DNA from: a virus | Lineage: Duplodnaviria; Caudoviricetes | IMG/VR virus record: IMGVR_UViG_3300025875_000064 | Span: 1-39,548 of that record | Length of the DNA stretch: 39,548 bases | Reading direction: 5' to 3' (one strand) | Shown: positions 33,274 through 39,548 of the stretch, one piece after another | How positions within the stretch are numbered: the first letter of the stretch is position 1 | How the letters are laid out: every line of letters starts with the position of its first letter | Position numbers and translations under genes: made by a program | Notes under the pieces: generated by a model | The model's database searches: none | What the model was told of the DNA's origin: nothing | What the model saw: only the letters and a program-made list of their open reading frames with translations

Positions 33274-34107
33274 GTGACAGCACAGTCGCTGGATGAAATC
33301 ATGGCCGGACGGGATGCAAACCAGCCCGAGCCCAGCCCCGATAATGCCCCCGCAACCGGCAATCAGCCGCGCGACGACAACGGCAAGTTTGCCCCGAAAG
33401 GCGACCAGCAACCCGAACCCGTCACGCAGCAGGAACCGGCGCACACCGAAGCCGAGCAATCGACCCCCGAAAAGGGCAAAGTTCCTCAGCAGGCGCTACA
33501 TGCGGAGCGAGAAAAGGCCAAGTCCGAGCGGGAGCGTGCAGACGCCCTCGAACGGCAACTTGCCGAACTCAGGGGGCAAGTGAGTGTTTTGACCCAGCAG
33601 CGGCAAGCACCGCAGCAACAGGTCGAACCGCCAAAGCCTCGCGTCGTCTGGGAGGACCCGGACGGATGGGCTGAAGAAAAGCTCACGCCATTCCAGCAGG
33701 AACTACAGGAAACGCGGTTTTACTACTCGCAAACCGGAGCAATCCGGGATCATGGGAAGGAAACCGTCGACGCTGCCAGCTCCGCACTGCAGCAGGCCGT
33801 TCAGGCCGGACAGATCGACCCTAACCAGCTCAAAACGCAGCTTTCCCGGTCCATCGACCCGGTTGGCGACGTGGTGCGCTGGTATCAGCAAACGCCCGCT
33901 CACCAAGAGAAGGCGTTGCGCGAAAAGATCCGTGCCGAGATCGAAGCCGAGCAGAAACCCGCTGTCGCTGAAGCCCAAACGCAACCCGCGGCCAAAACCC
34001 CCATGCCGAGCAACTTTGCCGGTGCCCGTAACGAGGGCGCCCGCAGCTCACCGGTGTGGTCGGGTCCGAAGCCGCTTTCCGAAATTGCCCGTGGCAATAA
34101 TCAGTAA
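33274..34107 (+). CDS. Scaffolding protein
   Basis: Between portal and coat; GTG start after GGAG; PRDDNGKF, VP..AL.AEREK and coiled coil. Confidence 0.8.
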   Translation: MTAQSLDEIMAGRDANQPEPSPDNAPATGNQPRDDNGKFAPKGDQQPEPVTQQEPAHTEAEQSTPEKGKVPQQALHAEREKAKSERERADALERQLAELRGQVSVLTQQRQAPQQQVEPPKPRVVWEDPDGWAEEKLTPFQQELQETRFYYSQTGAIRDHGKETVDAASSALQQAVQAGQIDPNQLKTQLSRSIDPVGDVVRWYQQTPAHQEKALREKIRAEIEAEQKPAVAEAQTQPAAKTPMPSNFAGARNEGARSSPVWSGPKPLSEIARGNNQ

Positions 34108-34118
34108 GGCAACAGCAA

Positions 34119-35240
34119 ATGGCTGAGACCCGCGTCGAGGCTGATCTCGTCCCCACGATATGGGACGATCAGTTCTCCGTCGAATTTTTTCAGAACAACC
34201 CCTTCGCGGCCTATGCCGGGACCGGGATCGACAACCCGATCGTGATGAAAGAGGACTTCGCTTCCAAGCGGGGTAACGGCATCACCTTCGAGTTCATTAC
34301 CAACCTCAATCGAGGCTCTATTCGCGGCCGGCAGCCACTGCGCGGTCACGAGGACAAGCTCGGTGAGTATGGTGACCGTGTCTTCTGGGACATGCGCAAG
34401 AAAGCCGTGTCGATGCACGAGCTGGATGAAGATCTAGCCGCCATCGACCTTCGCAAGGCCGCCCGCGGTGCTCTCCGCACCTGGTCGGACGAGGACGTGA
34501 AGTTCGCAACGATCGAGGCCCTCATGATGGTCGGCCTCAATCTTGATCGTGCTTATGACATCGCGACCGCAGCGGAGAAAAACGCATGGCACACTGCGAA
34601 CAAGGACCGCGTCCTCTACGGCAATGGGACGGCGAACTATGTCACCAACGACCACGCCGCATCCCTCGCCAACGTCGATACGACCAACGACAAGCTCACC
34701 AAGGAAACCATTTCCTTGATGAAGCGCCTCGCCTTGTCGGCCCGTCCGCGTATCACTCCGGTCTCGACTGGCGCCGCGGACAACCGCCGCAAGTTCGTGG
34801 CTTTCGTCCACCCCCTCGCAATGCGCGATCTGGTGACGAGCCTCAACGAGTCCGAGCGCCAGGTCTCCGTGGCCGCGCGCAACGAACGCCTGTTCCTCGG
34901 TGGCGACCGGGAATGGGATGGCGTGATCATCCACGAAGTGGACGACATGCCCCTTCTGACTGGTGCCGGAGCGGGCGGGAATACCACGGTCGCCCCGGTG
35001 TTCTTCCTCGGCCAGGAAGCCCTCGGCTGGGCCTTGAAGTCCCGCTACGGCAGCCGGCAGCAGACCGATGATTATGGTCAGGTGACCGGCCTCGCCATGA
35101 TCGGCAAATGGGGCATGAAGAAGCTCGGTTATACCGTCGGAGACGAGAAGTTCGTTGAAGATGGCGCCGGGTTGCAGACCAACGTCAAGGGCAAGCAGCG
35201 CGGTATGCTCACCGGCTTCTTTGCCGCGGCCAGCGACTAA
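34119..35240 (+). CDS. Major capsid protein (DUF4043/P22-coat-like)
   Basis: 373 aa after the scaffold; G..ITF...LRGHE..L, DLR..AR..L..W, F.AFVHP....DL and WDGVIIHE. Confidence 0.9.
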   Translation: MAETRVEADLVPTIWDDQFSVEFFQNNPFAAYAGTGIDNPIVMKEDFASKRGNGITFEFITNLNRGSIRGRQPLRGHEDKLGEYGDRVFWDMRKKAVSMHELDEDLAAIDLRKAARGALRTWSDEDVKFATIEALMMVGLNLDRAYDIATAAEKNAWHTANKDRVLYGNGTANYVTNDHAASLANVDTTNDKLTKETISLMKRLALSARPRITPVSTGAADNRRKFVAFVHPLAMRDLVTSLNESERQVSVAARNERLFLGGDREWDGVIIHEVDDMPLLTGAGAGGNTTVAPVFFLGQEALGWALKSRYGSRQQTDDYGQVTGLAMIGKWGMKKLGYTVGDEKFVEDGAGLQTNVKGKQRGMLTGFFAAASD

Positions 35241-35250
35241 GGAGGCCTGA

Positions 35251-35706
35251 ATGGCACGTCATAACCCGATTTACACCAACGCTTATCATCACCCGGAAGA
35301 CACCGGCCTGCACACCATGGGCCGGATCGTCAACTTCGGTGATGCCGATCTCGCCACGGGTCTGCTGCCCTGTGGCTCGTTCGAAAAAAACTCGGTCATC
35401 GACTTCGCCAGGGTTTCGATCCTGACGGCGTTCAATGCCGGCACGACGAACACGCTGGAGTTCGGCACGGTGACCAACGGCACATTCACGGCAGACATCA
35501 TGTCGGCCGCTGATACTGCCGCCGGCACGCTCGGCAATCGAAAGAACGGCACTGGCGCAAAGCTCGGTGCGCCGTTGGCTACCGACACGATCGTCTATGC
35601 CCGCTTCACGCAGGCTGGCACGGCGGCGACGGCAGGGCAGGCGATGTTCTGGATGGCTGCGTTCATTCCGCAGACGCCCGATCCACGCACCCGTGCGGGA
35701 GACTGA
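35251..35706 (+). CDS. Putative capsid decoration/auxiliary protein
   Basis: Strong RBS AAGGAGG; Thr/Ala/Gly-rich beta protein directly after the coat gene. Confidence 0.65.
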   Translation: MARHNPIYTNAYHHPEDTGLHTMGRIVNFGDADLATGLLPCGSFEKNSVIDFARVSILTAFNAGTTNTLEFGTVTNGTFTADIMSAADTAAGTLGNRKNGTGAKLGAPLATDTIVYARFTQAGTAATAGQAMFWMAAFIPQTPDPRTRAGD

Positions 35707-35710
35707 TCCG

Positions 35711-36058
35711 ATGGAAACGTTCAAGGCGTACTACACCGGTCAGGCTAGCGGCCCAGTGCAAGCTTTCACCGTTACCTTTGAGCAAGGCAAGCCGGCTGAT
35801 GTGCCGGCGCGCTTTCGGGACAAGGTTGCCGGCAATCAGTACTTTTCTACCGATGCGCCGAAAACCTCTGCCCCGGCACCGACGCCCCCCTTGTCGCCGG
35901 GCGGTGATGTGTTCGAGGCGAAACACCGCGGCGGCGGCTCCTACTCGATCATGCGCGGGGATGTCGAAGTGGTCGACCGCCTGAGCAAGACCGATGCGGA
36001 GACTTTCAACGCCATGTCGGCCGACGAAAAGGCTGACTATGTGAGCGACCGCGAATAA
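35711..36058 (+). CDS. Hypothetical head-region protein
   Basis: Starts METFKAYY; between decoration and adaptor genes. Confidence 0.6.
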   Translation: METFKAYYTGQASGPVQAFTVTFEQGKPADVPARFRDKVAGNQYFSTDAPKTSAPAPTPPLSPGGDVFEAKHRGGGSYSIMRGDVEVVDRLSKTDAETFNAMSADEKADYVSDRE

Positions 36059-36071
36059 CCGGAGGCGCGTG

Positions 36072-36407
36072 ATGCAAACTCGTGAACAGCTTGTATTGCG
36101 CGCTCTCCGCGAGCTTGGTGTTCCCGGCGCCGGCCAGATGCCGAGTGCCGAGGACGCTCAGGTTGTCGACGGAGAGATTGCGCCGATCATGGCCGATCTC
36201 TCTCTCCGCAACGTGTGGTCATGGGGCGACCCTGACCGAATTGACGATGCCGCCGCGGTGCACCTAGCGATCATCATCGCCAACTCGGTTGCCAACCAGT
36301 TCGGCAAGGATCGGGACGAAACGAAGCGGCTGATGGCCGAGGTCCGGCTGCGCGAACTGGACAATGCCGAAGATGCCGGCGATCCGATCCCGGCGAACTA
36401 TTTCTGA
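36072..36407 (+). CDS. Head-tail adaptor (P22 gp4-like)
   Basis: TREQLVLRALRELGV...G..PSAED; helical; position. Confidence 0.7.
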   Translation: MQTREQLVLRALRELGVPGAGQMPSAEDAQVVDGEIAPIMADLSLRNVWSWGDPDRIDDAAAVHLAIIIANSVANQFGKDRDETKRLMAEVRLRELDNAEDAGDPIPANYF

Positions 36408-37825
36408 TGGAAATACCGTTCCCGACTTCCACAGCGCCGAGCCTAAATCCAACCGAGAACGGTGGACGGTTGATCAACTGCTACGCCGAGAAGGCACCGG
36501 CTGGCTCACGCAGCAAAGTGCTGTACCGCCGCGCGCCCGGTTTGCGGCCATATTTCAGCGTCGGGAGCGATCTTTACCGCGGCTCGCTGCTCGTTGGTTC
36601 GATACTGTACATCGTGAATGGCGCCACGGCTTACACCGCAGCGCTCACCGGTGGGACAATTGTCACCACGGCGCTGGCCGGCACAGTCCCAGGCATCGGG
36701 CCGGTCTTGATGGCGCACAACACGCGCATCCCGACGAACCAGATACTGCTGGTGCATTCGGACGGCGTGGCAACGATTGAGGGTAACACGGTCTCGGAGT
36801 TCTCGGACCCGGACCTGCCGGCTGTTTCGTCCCTAACATACCTCGATGGCTTTTTCGTCCTGACCTCCGCGGACGGTCGGGCCTACGCATCGGGCGTTAA
36901 TGACACGACGTTCGCCACCTTCGATTATGCGACCGCAGAGGCAGCGCCGGACGGACTGGTTCGGGCCGTAGCTTTCGGGCGCGATTTGCTGCTCATGGGC
37001 GAGACGACGGTTGAGTTGTGGAGCAACACTGGCAACCCCGAGGCTTTCCCCTTCACGCGCGGCCCAGTCATCCCTGTGGGGCTGAAAGGCCCTTATGCGG
37101 TGGGGGGCTTCGAATACGGCTTCCCACAACCCCTGTGCTGGGTAGGAAGCGACAATCGGGTTTATCGGCTGGTCGGGTACTCGCCGGAGCCTATTTCAAC
37201 GCCTCAGCTTGAGCGCATGATTGAGGCGGTGGCCGATCCGCTGGCCATCGAGGGCAGCGTTTACGTGACGGCCGGACATGCCTGTTTCGTTCTGACCTCG
37301 CCATCTTGGACGTGGGTTTACGACTTCATCACCGGCGAATGGCACGAGCGGCAGTCCTATGGAGCAAGCCGCTGGCGGGCTCATGGCGGTGTCTATGCCT
37401 TCGGCGCTTGGCTGACGTTCGACCGGGTCAGCAACACTGTGTTTCAGGTGCATGACCGGGAGCGGCGAGAGAACGGCCAACCTTTGGTTATGGAACTTCG
37501 ATCCAACCAAGTGCATCGCCTGCCAGGCCGGTTTGTGGTCAATCGGGCGAGCTTCGATTTCGTCACCGGTGTGGGCCGCGATCAGGGGCAGGCCCCCATC
37601 GAGACGGATCCGAAGGTTTCGATTTCGTGGTCTGATGACGGCGGGCGCATCTTCGGCAACGCGCTCCTGCGTCGGCTGGGCTCTCAGGGCGAGATTGTGC
37701 CGATCGATATATTCCGGTGCGGACTGACGGGCAGGAACGGCCGGCAATGGCGCTTGCAGATCAGTGATCCCGTCGAGGTAGTATTCCTCGGCGGCGCGAT
37801 GGACATCGAGGAGCGCACGGCATGA
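36407..37825 (+). CDS. Tail hub / packaged-DNA stabilisation protein (P22 gp10-like)
   Basis: 472 aa beta-propeller-like; YLDGFFV, ATAE.APD, TVELW.NTG, TWVYD..TGEWHER and SWSDDGG. Confidence 0.88.
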   Translation: MEIPFPTSTAPSLNPTENGGRLINCYAEKAPAGSRSKVLYRRAPGLRPYFSVGSDLYRGSLLVGSILYIVNGATAYTAALTGGTIVTTALAGTVPGIGPVLMAHNTRIPTNQILLVHSDGVATIEGNTVSEFSDPDLPAVSSLTYLDGFFVLTSADGRAYASGVNDTTFATFDYATAEAAPDGLVRAVAFGRDLLLMGETTVELWSNTGNPEAFPFTRGPVIPVGLKGPYAVGGFEYGFPQPLCWVGSDNRVYRLVGYSPEPISTPQLERMIEAVADPLAIEGSVYVTAGHACFVLTSPSWTWVYDFITGEWHERQSYGASRWRAHGGVYAFGAWLTFDRVSNTVFQVHDRERRENGQPLVMELRSNQVHRLPGRFVVNRASFDFVTGVGRDQGQAPIETDPKVSISWSDDGGRIFGNALLRRLGSQGEIVPIDIFRCGLTGRNGRQWRLQISDPVEVVFLGGAMDIEERTA

Positions 37826-37998
37826 TCCGGTTTCCTCAGAGATTGCCCGATCCCACTGTCCCGCTGGTGGAGCCAAAGACGGGCCGCGTGAACCCGATCT
37901 GGTACCAATACCTGCGGGAAGTGGACGACGTGATCCGCAAACTCGTTACCGCATCTAACGAATACGATCGGCGCATAACGGAATTGGAGCTGCCCTGA
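37822..37998 (+). CDS. Short tail needle/plug-like protein (58 aa, not in ORF track)
   Basis: MIRFPQRLPDPTVPLVEPKTGRVNPIWYQYLREV...DRRITELELP; coupled at both ends; short coiled coil at the P22 gp26 position. Confidence 0.6.
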   Translation: MIRFPQRLPDPTVPLVEPKTGRVNPIWYQYLREVDDVIRKLVTASNEYDRRITELELP

Positions 37999-38675
37999 TG
38001 GACTGGCTGATGGATATGCTCGGCCTCAATGCCGGCAAGGCCACAATGAAGGCGGCCACGAAGAACGAAGGCATCGTGAACCAGTACGGCGTCGATGCCG
38101 GTGAACTGGTAACGGAGGGCGCCGACCAAGCCGGCGGCTACCTGCAGCAAATCCTTGGCTTGCAGCAGCCGATGGCCGAGGCTGGACGGGCCGGGGCAGG
38201 GCTCTATGCCGATGCGCTTGGCATCAATGGCGCGGAAGGGGCTCAACGGGCCACAGGCGCATTCCAGACCGGCCCAGGCTATCAGTTCCAGATGGATCAA
38301 GGCTTGCAGGCTTTGCAGCGTATCGGCTCGGCCAAGGGGAACCTCCAGTCCGGCAATACCGACGTTGGCGTGATGCGGTATGCCAGCGGCCTTGCTGATC
38401 AGTCGTGGGGCTCATGGCTGGATCGGCTGGCAAACCCGTCGTCCCCGCTCAACAGCGCCGTATCGGGCCAGACCTCTACGCTGGGCAATCTCGCGGACTT
38501 GGCCCTCGATACGTCTGGCAAGCGCATCGGCATCCGAGGCGAAGTCGCGAACGGGTTAATGGGCGCGAATAATCAGTACGCGAGCGGCAAGGAAACGAAC
38601 GCTGCCGGGTTTGCCAACCTCGGCAAGACGATCATCGGCATGGGCAGTAAGGCCCTAGGTTACGGAGGCTTCTGA
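37998..38675 (+). CDS. Ejection/DNA transfer protein (P22 gp7-like)
   Basis: Gly/Ala-rich; FQTGPGYQF..DQG..A..R..SA.G.L.SG.T motif. Confidence 0.75.
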   Translation: MDWLMDMLGLNAGKATMKAATKNEGIVNQYGVDAGELVTEGADQAGGYLQQILGLQQPMAEAGRAGAGLYADALGINGAEGAQRATGAFQTGPGYQFQMDQGLQALQRIGSAKGNLQSGNTDVGVMRYASGLADQSWGSWLDRLANPSSPLNSAVSGQTSTLGNLADLALDTSGKRIGIRGEVANGLMGANNQYASGKETNAAGFANLGKTIIGMGSKALGYGGF

Positions 38676-39548
38676 TGGCGGGCTTGTCCTATCCCGGCTT
38701 TGTCGTGCCACAGGCGCAGGAAAGCTCGCTTGCCGCTTTCCTGCCTGGTCTTGAGGCGGGGCGCAAAGAGAAGCGCTTTACCGAGGCAATGGAGAAGGTC
38801 GCGCAGCTCGGCGCTGGTCCGGCAACGCCAACTGGCTATGGCGGTAGCGACTTCCTGCAATCGCTCCTGGCCCCGCAGGGGGCAGCCCCGGCGCTCACCA
38901 CTCCGCAACAGCTTTCGCCTACGGATGCTGTGGTCAATGGCTCCGTCGATGCAGCGGCTCTAAGCCGCGATCCGATGCTCGACACCTATTTCCGCAACGC
39001 ACGGCGCGCAGAGAGTGGCGGCAACGATGCGGCGAAGAACCCGAAGTCTAGCGCGACCGGTCGATATCAGTTCCTTGAGGGGACATGGCAGGACTTGGCG
39101 CAGCGCCGTCCCGATCTCGGTCTGACGCCCGATGGCCGCACGAACCCCGACCAGCAGGAACGGGCTATGCGGGCATTCACCGAGGAAAATGCCGCGGCGC
39201 TTTCGCGCTCAGGCGTCCCGGTCAATCCCGGCAACCTTTACGCGGCGCATTTCCTTGGTGCCGGTGGCGCGTCGAAGGTCCTTACGCAAGATCCGAACTC
39301 GGCTCTGTCGGCCTATCTTGACCCAGGCGTCTTGCAGGCGAACCCGAACCTGCAAGGCATGACCGTTGCGGATTTCACCGCATGGGCCGGCAGCAAGGGC
39401 GGCAACGGCTCGGGCGGCTACCAGGGGCCGACAATGGACGTTGGGGCGGGGCAGGGCCAGCCCTACAGCGTGGATGGGGAGACGCTCGCAACCCTTATGG
39501 CTGCTGAGGAAACTCGGCCCCTGGCGCTGTCGCTCATCAAGGCGAACC
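38675..39548 (+). CDS. N-terminal part of ejection protein with lytic transglycosylase domain (continues at 133-1046; 595 aa in total)
   Basis: Manual translation open to the contig end; AESGGNDAAKNPKSSATGRYQFLEGTW and LYAAHFLGAGGA motifs; RBS GGAGG. Confidence 0.85.
   Translation, partial: MAGLSYPGFVVPQAQESSLAAFLPGLEAGRKEKRFTEAMEKVAQLGAGPATPTGYGGSDFLQSLLAPQGAAPALTTPQQLSPTDAVVNGSVDAAALSRDPMLDTYFRNARRAESGGNDAAKNPKSSATGRYQFLEGTWQDLAQRRPDLGLTPDGRTNPDQQERAMRAFTEENAAALSRSGVPVNPGNLYAAHFLGAGGASKVLTQDPNSALSAYLDPGVLQANPNLQGMTVADFTAWAGSKGGNGSGGYQGPTMDVGAGQGQPYSVDGETLATLMAAEETRPLALSLIKAN
39423..39548. repeat. Terminal direct repeat, copy 2
   Basis: Identical to 7-132. Confidence 0.95.

Noticed and set aside
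39423-39548. Biological direct terminal repeat (T7-like ends)
   Set aside because: It falls in the middle of a gene, its length fits an assembler k-mer overlap, and the other copy abuts adapter-like sequence

Overview
The window is an apparently complete, circularly permuted temperate phage genome. Bases 39423-39548 exactly repeat 7-132, and the first 6 nt (CGATCT) look like Illumina adapter residue, giving a unique length of about 39,416 bp. The host is probably an alphaproteobacterium, inferred from a GapR/DUF2312 homolog, a GTTC-N7-GTTC LexA box and an attP matching a tRNA-Pro(GGG) 3' half. Organisation is lambdoid with P22-like (podovirus-type) virion genes: terminase, portal, scaffold, coat, adaptor, hub, needle, three ejection proteins (one has a lytic transglycosylase domain and spans the contig junction) and tail proteins including an SGNH-hydrolase spike. 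These are followed by a GH19 lysis cassette, a Rha-type regulator, an intact attP with tyrosine integrase and excisionase, a long leftward early operon, a cI/cro switch with ACG-N7-CGT operators, and a rightward operon (ClpX zinc finger, C2H2 finger, GapR, RusA, DnaB, initiator with iterons, Q-position regulator). The most interesting signals are: four single genes each bracketed by exact 12-16 bp direct repeats at translation junctions; a LexA-boxed gene aimed head-on at cI; a free-standing ClpX zinc-binding domain alongside many C-terminal Ala-Ala proteins; a paralog pair split between attP and the lytic operon; and structured leaders before the scaffold and rha genes. All family calls come from motif recognition by eye, not database searches.
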